From assembly GCA_964439495.1 (NCBI GenBank), contig CAYTQA010000001.1, positions 1 through 32,048 on the forward strand: a stretch of DNA of 32,048 bases, given 5' to 3'. Of the stretch, positions 1 through 9,388 are shown piece by piece. Made by a program: the position numbers and the translations under genes. The first letter of the stretch is position 1. The number at the start of each line of letters is the position of its first letter. The notes under the pieces are model-generated. The model did not search any database, was not told where the DNA came from, and saw only the letters and a list, made by a program, of their open reading frames with translations. The DNA comes from an uncultured Terriglobales bacterium. GTDB taxonomy: Bacteria > Acidobacteriota > Terriglobia > Terriglobales > Acidobacteriaceae.

Positions 1-323
1 TGATCCCGCTCATGATCTCGAACGCTTTGAGTGGAATTCCGCTTCCTATCTATGGAGATGGGGGAAACCGGCGCGACTGGCTTTACGTTGTAGACCATTG
101 CGACGCCATTCGCACCGTATTGTCTGAGGGAAAGCCGGGCGAGACATATAACATAGGGGGGCGGAACGAAATGTCCAATCTCGAGGTCGTGGAGACAATC
201 TGCAACCTGCTGGATGAGTTGCGGCCCGCGGAGAAGCCTTATCGCTCACTCAAGAGCTTTGTCAAGGACCGTCCCGGCCATGACCGGCGCTACTCCATGA
301 ACATCGAGAAGATCCGAGACAGA
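1..323 (+). pseudogene. rfbB: dTDP-glucose 4,6-dehydratase (RfbB/RmlB) remnant. It enters from the left edge, and the C-terminal ~45-50 codons are replaced by out-of-frame sequence (the ORF runs on to a stop at 458).
   Basis: The frame of ORF 12..458 is open back to nt 3. It reads [40 protein letters not shown]...ETYNIGG...[11 protein letters not shown], matching the conserved C-terminal half of RmlB. After NIEKIRD the expected ELGW... tail is absent and unrelated Arg/Gly/Cys-rich sequence follows. Confidence 0.75.
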
Positions 324-1029
324 GCACGAGATTGCAATGCAGGTGAACGGCATTGCTCCGGGAATACTGGCGGAGGAGGCGCGGCGTTGCCATGCCGTCA
401 TGATTCATTATTCGACCGATTACGTCTTCAGCGGCGAAAAGCATCTTCCTTATGTTGAATCCGATTCAACGGGACCGCTCAGCGAGTATGGCCGCACAAA
501 GCTTGAGGGAGAAAAGATGATTGCCCAGGCCGGAGGAGCGTACTTTATCTTGCGTACAAGTTGGATTTATTCCGCCCAGGGAACAAATTTTCTTTTGACC
601 ATGTTAAGGCTGGGCACGGAACGGGAGCAGCTTCGAGTGGTAAATGACCAGATAGGCGCCCCCACTTCGGCGGGCGCAGTGACCGATGCAACCGTCGATC
701 TGGTGCGAAAACTTTCCGGTCGGGGCCCTAATTTATACGACTACGCGCAAAATTTCGCCGGCATTTACCATCTCTCCTGTAAAGGCAAGACCTCATGGTT
801 TGAGTTTGCGCGCTCAATCTTCGCGGAAGCGCGGGAAACCAGATTAGGGGCGAAGCTGAAGGTCGCCGAAGTTGTCCCAATCTGCACCGAGCAATATCCT
901 ACTCCAGCGAAAAGACCGAAATATTCAGTCCTCTCCAACGAAAAAGTCATGAGGGACCTGGGGCTGAGTATGCCTCTATGGCAAAATGCGCTTACAACTG
1001 TCATGCGTCAATTAGTTTCCCAGCAATAG
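316..1029 (+). pseudogene. rfbD: dTDP-4-dehydrorhamnose reductase (RfbD/RmlD) lacking about the first 60 codons, which include the Rossmann GxxGxxG segment. The longest ORF is 337..1029.
   Basis: The translation (S)[42 protein letters not shown]...PLSEYGRTKLEGEK...ILRTSWIYS...VNDQIGAPTSA...YPTPAKRPKYSVL matches the RmlD core (STDYVF, YGxTK, RTSW, P.RP.YS.L). The frame hits a TGA at 298-300, so no N-terminal NAD(P)-binding region can be encoded. Confidence 0.75.
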
Positions 1030-1042
1030 TTCAATGCGTTGC

Positions 1043-2323
1043 TTAGTCCGCCTTCAGCTCCCGCCCGCTGGTTTCCGGCAGCAGCAACACTCCGCCAATC
1101 ATGATTATGTAAGCTGCAAGCGCAAATACCGCGATTGCATGTCCGAGCGGTATACGCGAACTTAACGAACCGACCAGCGCGGGGAATGACGCTCCGATCC
1201 CTCGCCCGAAGTTATATGAAAATCCCTGCCCGGAACCGCGCAGGCGCGTGGGAAACAGCTCCGTCAGGAATGGGCCCATCGGACTGAACGACCCCGAAGC
1301 AAAAAAGCCCAATGGAAAGCCGAGCGCGAGCATCACTGAAGCGGGGAATGCCAGAAGCGTATAGGACCAGACCGTCAGGAACGAGCAGACCGCGAATAAT
1401 ATCAGCGTCCGCCTGCGTCCCAGCCGGTCGGTGAGGTAGGCGCTCACCAGATAGCCGGCGAAGGACCCGAATATCACGATGGAAAGATAACCACCTGTGT
1501 TCAACACCGAGAGCCCGCGCGAAATCCTCAAATAGGTGGGCAGCCATGTGGTAATTGCGTAATAACCTCCCTGCGCGCCGGCCGCCAGCAGCGATGCAAA
1601 CAGGGTGGTCCGCAGCAGCGGCAGGCGAAAGATGTGCAGCCATGCGTTCCCGAGTGGGGGCGCTTTCCTTCGCATGGTGGTGAACACTTCAGGCTCTTTA
1701 AGATTGCGGCGTATATAAAGGACCAGCAGCGCCGGAAGCAGTCCAATCCAGAACATCGGCCTCCACGCCTTGTCGGCGGGCAGAAATGAATAGAGCAGGC
1801 TATAGCAGAGCGCAGCCAGCCCCCATCCGATTGCCCATCCAGCCTGTACGGCGCCTACCGCTTTGCCGCGATGTTGGGCCCGAATGGTTTCTCCCATCAA
1901 TACCGACCCCACTGCCCACTCGCCTCCGAATCCCAGGCCCTGCAATCCTCTTACGACCAGCAACTGCTCGAAGGAGGTTGTGAAGCCGCTCAAGAAAGTA
2001 AAAAACGCAAACCACAGAATCGTGAGCTGGAGTATTTTTACCCGGCCATACCGGTCGGCCATCAATCCCGCCAGCCAGCCACCAATCGCCGAAATTAGAA
2101 GTGCGGAGGTCCCTAATACTCCCGCCTGTCCAGAGGTGATGTGCCACACTGCAATCAAGGTAGGAAGGACGAAGCTATAGACCATCAGGTCCATCCCATC
2201 GAGCATCCAGCCGGAAAAAGTGGCAAACAGTGTGGCGCGTTCGAGGGAGGACAACTGAAATATCCAGGGCCGCCGCGCGGCGTCATTTGTGGAGGAGACC
2301 GTCGCCACTCTGCCTGCGCTCAT
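1043..2323 (-). CDS. MFS transporter (metabolite:H+ symporter type; substrate unknown)
   Basis: 426-aa ORF with a strongly hydrophobic multi-helix profile. It has the MFS loop motif GLMADRYGRVK and RGLQGLGFGGEWAVGS. Starts at ATG 2323, stops at TAA 1043-1045, and is convergent with rfbD. Confidence 0.85.
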   Translation of the reverse strand: MSAGRVATVSSTNDAARRPWIFQLSSLERATLFATFSGWMLDGMDLMVYSFVLPTLIAVWHITSGQAGVLGTSALLISAIGGWLAGLMADRYGRVKILQLTILWFAFFTFLSGFTTSFEQLLVVRGLQGLGFGGEWAVGSVLMGETIRAQHRGKAVGAVQAGWAIGWGLAALCYSLLYSFLPADKAWRPMFWIGLLPALLVLYIRRNLKEPEVFTTMRRKAPPLGNAWLHIFRLPLLRTTLFASLLAAGAQGGYYAITTWLPTYLRISRGLSVLNTGGYLSIVIFGSFAGYLVSAYLTDRLGRRRTLILFAVCSFLTVWSYTLLAFPASVMLALGFPLGFFASGSFSPMGPFLTELFPTRLRGSGQGFSYNFGRGIGASFPALVGSLSSRIPLGHAIAVFALAAYIIMIGGVLLLPETSGRELKAD

Positions 2324-2422
2324 GCTTTATTTATATACTGAACAATTGCGCGCCGCGTATCAGGCACAATGTAAGTCAAACTCTCTTTTGAAGCGACACA
2401 ACATTCCAGGAGCAACGTCCGA

Positions 2423-4387
2423 TTGCTGATTGCGATTGATACCGGAGGGACTTTCACCGACTGCGTCTATGTGGAGGAGGGCGCGCTGAAGGTCCTGAAG
2501 ATTTTTTCCACGCCCGAAGATCCCGGGAATGCTGTCCTGAGCGCGGTGCGCACGATTTCGGGTTCCTCGACCCCTTCCGTACGCCACGGCACTACCGTTG
2601 GCACCAATATTGTTCTTGAACGCAAGGGGGCGCGAGTCGCATTCGTTACTACTGCCGGATTTGAAGACACCATCGCAATTGGCCGCCAGGCGCGTCCTCG
2701 TCTCTACGACTGGTTTGCGGTCCCCCGGCCTTGCATTGTGCCGCCCGAGCTTCGTTTTGGAGTGGAGGAGCGCACCACCCCGGAGGGCAAAGTCCTGAAG
2801 CGCCCTGCAGCCTCCGACCTGGATCGATTATGCGACCGGATCCGGGAGAGCGGGGCCGAATCCATCGCCCTCTCGCTGCTGTTTTCATTTGTCGATCCCA
2901 ATAATGAACGGCTCACGGCGGAGGCATTGCAGCGCCTGGGCCTGCCTCTTTCCACCTCGCACAAAATATTGCCCGAGTTTCGCGAATATGAGCGGGCGTC
3001 CACAGTGGCCATCAACGCGTATCTTGCTCCAAAAGTGGGAAGCTATCTGCGTGGGCTGGAGAATGGGATGCATGAGAGCTTCCGCGCTGGACGCGTGGAA
3101 GTGATGCAGTCATCCGGCGGCATTATTCCGGCCCGGCTTGCGGCGGAGCAACCGGTCCGCACCGTCCTCTCCGGTCCGGCGGGTGGAGTGATTGGGGCAC
3201 ATGCAGTGGCACGTCTGGCCGGTTTTTCTAAAATCATCGGCTTCGATATGGGCGGCACTTCCACCGACGTTGCGCTGATTGACGCCGATGAGGGCGGCCC
3301 CAGGACCACCAACGAAGCCGTGATCTCCGACATGCCTATCAGCGTGCCCATGCTCGACATTCATACCGTCGGGGCCGGAGGCGGATCGCTGGCGCGCTTC
3401 GACCATGGAGGCATTCTCCACGTCGGGCCCGAATCGGCAGGCGCGAATCCCGGACCGATCTGTTATGGCCGTGGCACGCTGCCAACAGTTACGGATGCGG
3501 ACCTGATTCTGGGCCGTCTCGATCCCGAGCTTTTTCTCGGCGGTAAACTGCGCCTGGATCCCGAACGCGCGCGCAGCTACATGGAAAAGGCGCGGCATTC
3601 GATTGCTTCCACGGAGCAGTTTGCGGCCGGAATCGTGATGCTCGCCGAAAGCACCATGGAAAAGGCCATCCGGCTTATTTCTGTCGAACGCGGGTATGAT
3701 CCGCGCGAGTTTACTTTAGTCTGCTTCGGCGGCGCGGGACCATTGCATGCATGTGCGCTGGCGCGAGCGCTGCGCATTCCCCGCGTCCTGGTCCCGCTCA
3801 TGCCGGGAGCGCTTTCCGCTCTGGGCATACTGCTGGCGGAGACCATTCGGGACTATTCCAAAACTGTTATGCTGTCCGCGAAGGTTGAACTGCTGGAGCC
3901 GCATTTCCTGGAGCTTGAGCGGACGGGAGTTGCCGAACTCCGCAATCAAGGCCTGAGCGGTGTTGCAAGCCGCTCGGTCGATCTGCGCTACGCCGGCCAG
4001 GGATACGAGCTCAACGTTCCCGCCGGTTCGGAGATGTTCCAGTCTTTTCATCGGGTGCACCGGCGGCGATATGGATATGCGGACGAGAAGAGAGCGGTCG
4101 AAGTCGTGAACATCAGGGTACGCATCAGCTCAGCGGGGGAGCAGGTGGAATTTCCACGCCATTCCCTGCAAGCGGGTGAAGGGAGTCACGCCATATTGAA
4201 GACTCGCCCCATTATCTTTGACGGACGCACCTTCGACAGCCCCGTTTATGATCGCGAACTCCTGCGCGCCGGAGACCGTTTTGCAGGCCCGGCCCTGATC
4301 GCCGAATACAGCGCGACCACTGTGCTCGCCCCCGGATGCATCGCGGCCATCGACACATTCAAGAATATCGTCATCGAGGTGAACTGA
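2423..4387 (+). CDS. hyuA: Hydantoinase A / oxoprolinase family protein (HyuA-like)
   Basis: The N-terminus LIAIDTGGTFTDCVYV, the motif FDMGGTSTDVALI and GGAGPLHACALA are hallmarks of the hydantoinase_A/oxoprolinase ATPase fold. The TTG start at 2423 is preceded by AGGAG. Confidence 0.85.
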   Translation: MLIAIDTGGTFTDCVYVEEGALKVLKIFSTPEDPGNAVLSAVRTISGSSTPSVRHGTTVGTNIVLERKGARVAFVTTAGFEDTIAIGRQARPRLYDWFAVPRPCIVPPELRFGVEERTTPEGKVLKRPAASDLDRLCDRIRESGAESIALSLLFSFVDPNNERLTAEALQRLGLPLSTSHKILPEFREYERASTVAINAYLAPKVGSYLRGLENGMHESFRAGRVEVMQSSGGIIPARLAAEQPVRTVLSGPAGGVIGAHAVARLAGFSKIIGFDMGGTSTDVALIDADEGGPRTTNEAVISDMPISVPMLDIHTVGAGGGSLARFDHGGILHVGPESAGANPGPICYGRGTLPTVTDADLILGRLDPELFLGGKLRLDPERARSYMEKARHSIASTEQFAAGIVMLAESTMEKAIRLISVERGYDPREFTLVCFGGAGPLHACALARALRIPRVLVPLMPGALSALGILLAETIRDYSKTVMLSAKVELLEPHFLELERTGVAELRNQGLSGVASRSVDLRYAGQGYELNVPAGSEMFQSFHRVHRRRYGYADEKRAVEVVNIRVRISSAGEQVEFPRHSLQAGEGSHAILKTRPIIFDGRTFDSPVYDRELLRAGDRFAGPALIAEYSATTVLAPGCIAAIDTFKNIVIEVN

Positions 4388-5976
4388 TGCCGGAGTCGCG
4401 GGTTGATGCGGTTGAGCTGGCATTATTCAAAAGCACGGTACACTTCGTTGCCGAGGAGATGGGCGCCGCGCTTCGTCGCACCTCTTTCTCTCCCAATATA
4501 AAAGAGCGCAGGGATTATTCCTGCGCTATCTTCGATGGGAATGGGGATGTGATCGCCATGGGCGACCACATGCCGGTGCACCTCGGATCGATGCCGATGT
4601 CAGTGCGCGCCGCCATTGACTGTCTGCATCTGGAAGCTGGAGATATGGCGATCCTGAACGATCCTTATGCCGGCGGGACCCACCTGCCGGACATCACCAT
4701 GGTGCTGCCGGTCTTTCACGATGAAGCGGTTGCCCCCACATTCTATGTGGCCGCGCGGGCGCATCACGCCGATGTGGGCGGCATGTATCCCGGTTCCATG
4801 GGGCCATGCCGCGAAATTTATCAGGAAGGATTGCGCATCCCGCCGCTCAGGATCATGAAGAGGGGCAGCATCGATCGCGAGATTCTCGACCTGCTGCTGC
4901 ACAATGTCCGCACTCCGGTCGAGCGCGAAGGGGACCTCACATCGCAAATTGGATCATGCCGGGTGGGAGAGGCGCGTCTGCGGGAGGTGATTGCGAAGTA
5001 CGGCGTGGAATCGATTCGAGATCTTGGCCGCGCTTTGCTGGATTACTCCGAGCGCCTGGTGCGTGCGGAGCTGGCTTCCATGCCCGCTGGAGAGTTTACT
5101 GCCGAGGATTTTCTGGACGATGATGGCTATTCCGATGCGCCGGTCAAAATTTGCGCGACCATTCGCATCGATCCGGCGGCGAGAAAAGCGCGCGTGGATT
5201 TTTCCGGCTCCAGTCCGCAAGTGAACAGCAGCATCAATGCCGTGTATGCGGTCGCCTACTCGGCGGTCTATTACGTCTTTCGCTGCCTGCTGCCGGAGGC
5301 CGCGCCAGCTACCGCCGGCATCATGCGTCCCATTGAGGTCTTCGCTCCGGAAGGGACGGTTGTGCATGCCCGTCCGCCCGCTCCGGTCGCAGGCGGAAAT
5401 GTGGAAACCTCCCAACGAATCGTGGACGTTCTACTGAAGGCTTTGGCGATTGCTATTCCCGACCGCATTCCCGCCGCCAGCTCGGGAACGATGAACAACC
5501 TGACTATCGGTGGCATCGATCCGCGCGCTAATCTGCCCTTCGCTTATTACGAAACCATTGCTGGAGGCATGGGCGCGCGTCCCGGAGCGGACGGCGTCTC
5601 GGGCATCCACACTCACATGACCAATTCTCTCAACACCCCGGTGGAAGCTCTCGAATACGCTTACCCGCTGCGGCTGCGGCAATATAGCTATCGTCCCAAC
5701 TCCGGCGGGCGGGGAAAGTATTCGGGAGGAGATGGGCTGGTCCGCGAGATTGAGCTGCTCGCCGATGCCCAGGTAACACTGCTTGCGGACCGCCGCAAAT
5801 TTCGTCCTTACGGCCTTGCGGGAGGAGAAGCGGGCGCTACCGGACGCACAACGCTGCTGCGTGGCAACAACGGACCGCAGGAGCTTCCGGGGAAATGCAG
5901 CATTCCGGCATGCAGGGGCGACGTCATTCGGATTGAGACCCCCGGCGGCGGTGGCTGGGGCGCGGAAAAATCGTGA
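4387..5976 (+). CDS. hyuB: Hydantoinase B / oxoprolinase family protein (HyuB-like)
   Basis: ATG 4387 overlaps the hyuA TGA (ATGA), so the two are translationally coupled. Motifs: FSPNIKERRDYSCAIFD, ILNDPYAGGTHLPD, GGNVETSQRIVD, and C-terminal ETPGGGGWG. The 4336 start in the ORF track is an upstream extension inside hyuA. Confidence 0.85.
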   Translation: MPESRVDAVELALFKSTVHFVAEEMGAALRRTSFSPNIKERRDYSCAIFDGNGDVIAMGDHMPVHLGSMPMSVRAAIDCLHLEAGDMAILNDPYAGGTHLPDITMVLPVFHDEAVAPTFYVAARAHHADVGGMYPGSMGPCREIYQEGLRIPPLRIMKRGSIDREILDLLLHNVRTPVEREGDLTSQIGSCRVGEARLREVIAKYGVESIRDLGRALLDYSERLVRAELASMPAGEFTAEDFLDDDGYSDAPVKICATIRIDPAARKARVDFSGSSPQVNSSINAVYAVAYSAVYYVFRCLLPEAAPATAGIMRPIEVFAPEGTVVHARPPAPVAGGNVETSQRIVDVLLKALAIAIPDRIPAASSGTMNNLTIGGIDPRANLPFAYYETIAGGMGARPGADGVSGIHTHMTNSLNTPVEALEYAYPLRLRQYSYRPNSGGRGKYSGGDGLVREIELLADAQVTLLADRRKFRPYGLAGGEAGATGRTTLLRGNNGPQELPGKCSIPACRGDVIRIETPGGGGWGAEKS

Positions 5977-6014
5977 ATGTATAATCTCAACTGGGAATTT
6001 TTCAGGTACGAGAT

Positions 6015-6335
6015 GTGGAACGCGTTCGCACGGATATTCAAAAATTCGCCGCTACTCTGCTGCAGAACTTCCCTCCGGAGGAGGCGGTAGTCCTGGCTTG
6101 GCCCCTGGTCTGCGGAAGCAGCGTGGCCCAGCGCACAAAGGCGCTGGAGTTTGCTTCGGGCACTTTGCGGGTCCAGGTGCCGGACACAGGATGGTGCAGC
6201 CAATTATTTGAATTTTCCCGGCAGTACATTGCCGCTCTCAATGCCGTGGCCAGGCAGAAAGTAGTAAAGCAAATCGAATATTTGCCGTTGGAGAAGTCTC
6301 CGCAAGTAACGTATCGGACAAGTTACAAGAGATGA
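6015..6335 (+). CDS. DUF721-like (DciA-like) small protein
   Basis: 106 aa. The pattern AWPLVCGSSVAQRTKALEFASGTLRVQVPDTGWCSQLFEFSRQYIAALN matches the DUF721 layout (W..ivG..la.ht....f..g.L.V.v.s..w..eL......i...ln). GTG start. The stop overlaps the gatC ATG. Confidence 0.55.
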   Translation: MERVRTDIQKFAATLLQNFPPEEAVVLAWPLVCGSSVAQRTKALEFASGTLRVQVPDTGWCSQLFEFSRQYIAALNAVARQKVVKQIEYLPLEKSPQVTYRTSYKR

Positions 6336-6649
6336 AAGTTACCGCCAAGGATGTACAGTATGTAGCCGATCTGGCGCACCTGGATTTAACCCCGGAAGAG
6401 CGCAGCCGCATGGAACGCGACCTGAATTCCATTCTGGAATATATCGATCGCCTCAATGAGCTGGATACGACCAGCATCCAGCCCATGGCGCAGGTGGCGC
6501 AATTGGCGCCCGTAAGCGACCAAGGCCGTCAGGACGGGCACTGGCGTGAGGACCAGAACCGGCCCTCGCTGGACCATAAGCAGGCGCTGCGGAACGCTCC
6601 GCAGGGTACCGAGGCGTTTTTCCGTGTGCCCAAAGTGATTGAGCGTTAG
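6332..6649 (+). CDS. gatC: Asp-tRNA(Asn)/Glu-tRNA(Gln) amidotransferase subunit C
   Basis: MKVTAKDVQYVADLAHLDLTPEERSRMERDLNSILEYIDRLNELDT is the classic GatC N-terminus, and the 105-aa size fits. Confidence 0.9.
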   Translation: MKVTAKDVQYVADLAHLDLTPEERSRMERDLNSILEYIDRLNELDTTSIQPMAQVAQLAPVSDQGRQDGHWREDQNRPSLDHKQALRNAPQGTEAFFRVPKVIER

Positions 6650-6675
6650 TTGTTGCAGCCTCTTACCTCATATTC

Positions 6676-8121
6676 ATGATCAATATCAATCAGCTCACGA
6701 TCAGCTCGACCGTCGCCGCCATCCAGGAGCGGCAGACAACCGCCGCCCATCTGGTTGAGGAATTCTATAAAAAGATTGAGGCGGAGGACCGCGGAAAAAC
6801 CAACGCTTATCTGGCGCTTTCAAAAGACCGGGCCTTGGCCAAGGCCGCCCACATCGATGCCATCGCCGATAAAGGAGATCCGCTCCCGGTGTTGGGGGGA
6901 GTGCCCATCGCAATCAAGGATGTGATGAATACCCGCGATGTTCCTACCACCGCCGGGTCGAAGGTCCTTCAGGGCTACATTCCTCCTTAGGATTGCACGG
7001 CTGTGGAGAGGCTGGAGCGTGCTGGAGCGGTGCTTCTGGGGAAAACCAATTGCGATGAATTCGCCATGGGCTCTTCGAATGAGAACTCGGCCTATGGACC
7101 GGTGCGCAACCCGCGCGATCCTGAACGGGTGCCGGGAGGTTCCAGCGGAGGCTCCGCGGCATGTGTTGCCGCCGGCACTGCGGTCGCGGCGCTGGGAAGC
7201 GATACTGGCGGATCGATCCGGCAGCCCGCCGCCTTTTGCGGAGTTGTCGGATTAATGCCCACATATGGACGCGTCTCTCGCTATGGATTGATCGCCTTTG
7301 CCTCCTCGCTGGACCATATTGGGCCTTTAACGAAATCCGTAAAAGATGCCGCCATTCTCCTGCAACAGATTTCAGGCCGCGATCCGCTCGATGCCACCAC
7401 CGCCGATGTCCCTGTCCCCGATTTCGTCTCGCACATCGGCGAACCGGTCGCAGGGATTAAGTTGGGAATGCCCAAAGAATATTTTGGCGAAGGCCTCGAC
7501 TCGGAAGTCCGCAAAGCGGTTGAGAATGGGATCCAGCTCCTGGCAATGGCCGGGTGTGAGGTGGTCCCGGTCTCCCTGCCGCATACTGCGTATGCCATTC
7601 CTACCTACTATGTCGTCGCAACGGCGGAGGCTTCGTCTAATCTGGCGCGCTTCGATGGCGTGCGTTATGGGTATCGCTCCCCCAAGTCGAGTACCCTCTC
7701 CGAGATGTACCGGCGCAGCCGGGATGAGGGCTTCGGCACGGAGGTAAAACGCCGCATTATGCTGGGCACCTATGCCTTGAGCGCGGGATATTACGATGCG
7801 TATTACCTGAAAGCCCAGAAAGTGCGCACTTTACTGGCGCGGGACTTCCAGCAGGCATTCCAAACCGTGGACGCGGTAGTCACCCCGGTCACGCCCACTG
7901 CGGCATTCAAATTAGGGGAAAAAGCAGACGATCCGCTGGCAATGTATCTGGCTGATATTTATACAGTTACGGCCGATCTCACGGGAATTCCCGGGATCTC
8001 CGTCCCCTCCGGAAAATCTTCTTCAGGATTGCCCATAGGACTGCAGATCCTGGGCCGCCATTTTGATGAAGGTACGATCCTGAAGCTTGCCCATGCCCTG
8101 GAACACGCCCGGTCTCATTGA
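6676..8121 (+). pseudogene. gatA: Glu-tRNA(Gln)/Asp-tRNA(Asn) amidotransferase subunit A with a single in-frame TAG at 6988-6990. The ORF track splits it into 6676..6990 and 7003..8121, which share one frame.
   Basis: The reading ...[72 protein letters not shown]...[14 protein letters not shown]...[12 protein letters not shown] is continuous amidase-signature GatA. The stop sits where GatA proteins carry the conserved Tyr of the P-x-Y-D/E-A/S-T motif. The total of 481 codons is a normal GatA length. Confidence 0.9.
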
Positions 8122-8299
8122 TCCCTGAGACTGGTTGTGGTCCACTAAAGGCCCATTTGAAGCGCCTTAGGCCGATAGAACCATCGAGTGCCTGATTGAC
8201 TGGGAGGCGCTAATTCTCTTAAGATCATCTCCCGTCTTCTGAAGGGCCTGGACCCCTCATCCACGGCTGGCGCTTTGCTCCGGGCGCCCGATTCAGGAA

Positions 8300-9379
8300 A
8301 TGGCGAAACTGTGCTGTATGTCTAATTTTCGAAATAAAATTCCGCATTCCTCATTCGGTCCATTGGGCTTTCTTTGTTTATGGATGATCCTTGCCTCGCT
8401 GCAAATGGCTGGTCAGTCTACGCCGGAACCTCCGAAACCCGAATCCGGAAACGCCACGCAAAACTCCTTACCTGAGCAAGCCTCCCAGGCATATGTGATT
8501 GCGCCAGATGATCTGCTGAATGTCTACATCCTGGATGTGCCCGAGCTCTCGCGAGAGTACCGTGTCAGCATGTCAGGACAAGTGGCCTTCCCGCTCCTTT
8601 CCAAGCCTTTGACCGCGGCGGGGCTTACATTGGACCAGTTCAGCGAATTGCTTGCGAGCCAACTGCGCTCGAGCGGGAATGTAAGCAATCCTCATGTGAA
8701 CATCAGCGTTAAGGAATCCCGCCTACATTCGGTCTCCATTACCGGTTCGGTGAAGAGTCCTCAAATCTATCCTGTCCTGGGCAAGACCAAGCTTCTGGCG
8801 GTGCTATCGCAAGCCGGCGGTCTGGCCGATGCGGCGGGAAATGTTGTGAAGGTGGTTAGAGGGCCTCTGGCCAACGCTATTTTATCCAAAACTTCCGCCT
8901 CCCCCGATAACGCGGCCAATGCGGGGAGCGATTCGCAAACCATTACCATTAATTTGAACGAACTCTTTGCCGGCTCCAATCCGACTTTGAACATTGATAT
9001 TTATCCGGGAGACTGGATAACGGTCCCTCCGGCGGGAGTAGTGTATGTGATTGGCGCGGTGAACCGGGCCGGCGGTTTTACCCTGACCACCAGCCGCGAA
9101 CACATGACGGTGTTGCAGGCGCTCGCCCTCGCGGAAGACCTGAAAAGCACCGCCAAACGCGACCATGCCATGATCATCCGCCGCGATGCGGCGCTTTCCA
9201 ATGGCACACAGGAAATTGCCGTAAATTTGAAAAACATTTTGGCTGGAAGAAGTCCCGATCTTCCCATGCAGGTGAACGACATTCTGTTCGTTCCTGAAAG
9301 TGGGGGGAAGAGGGCCCTGCATCGCGGGGCGGAAGCCATCATCCAAGCGGCAACAGGAGTGGCGATTTATCGGCCCTAG
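8300..9379 (+). CDS. Polysaccharide export protein (Wza-like; Poly_export plus SLBB domains)
   Basis: A signal-like N-terminus (GFLCLWMILASLQMAGQ) is followed by YVIAPDDLLNVYILDVPELSREYRVSMSGQVAFPLL..LTAAGLTLDQFSELLASQL and ITGSVKSPQIYPV.GKTKLLAVLSQAGGL, typical of Wza/GumB-type exporters. An alternative ATG lies at 8318. Confidence 0.8.
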   Translation: MAKLCCMSNFRNKIPHSSFGPLGFLCLWMILASLQMAGQSTPEPPKPESGNATQNSLPEQASQAYVIAPDDLLNVYILDVPELSREYRVSMSGQVAFPLLSKPLTAAGLTLDQFSELLASQLRSSGNVSNPHVNISVKESRLHSVSITGSVKSPQIYPVLGKTKLLAVLSQAGGLADAAGNVVKVVRGPLANAILSKTSASPDNAANAGSDSQTITINLNELFAGSNPTLNIDIYPGDWITVPPAGVVYVIGAVNRAGGFTLTTSREHMTVLQALALAEDLKSTAKRDHAMIIRRDAALSNGTQEIAVNLKNILAGRSPDLPMQVNDILFVPESGGKRALHRGAEAIIQAATGVAIYRP

Positions 9380-9388
9380 AAAGAAATC

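Noticed and set aside
4336-4386. A 17-codon upstream extension of hyuB in the ORF track
   Set aside because: It lies wholly inside the hyuA coding region. The ATG at 4387 overlaps the hyuA stop (ATGA), and the conserved HyuB N-terminus begins there.
6988-6990. The gatA TAG as a recoded (pyrrolysine-type or reassigned) codon
   Set aside because: TAG serves as the ordinary stop of at least six intact genes in this window. No pyl genes are visible, and the aligned residue is a conserved Tyr, so a point substitution is the simpler explanation.
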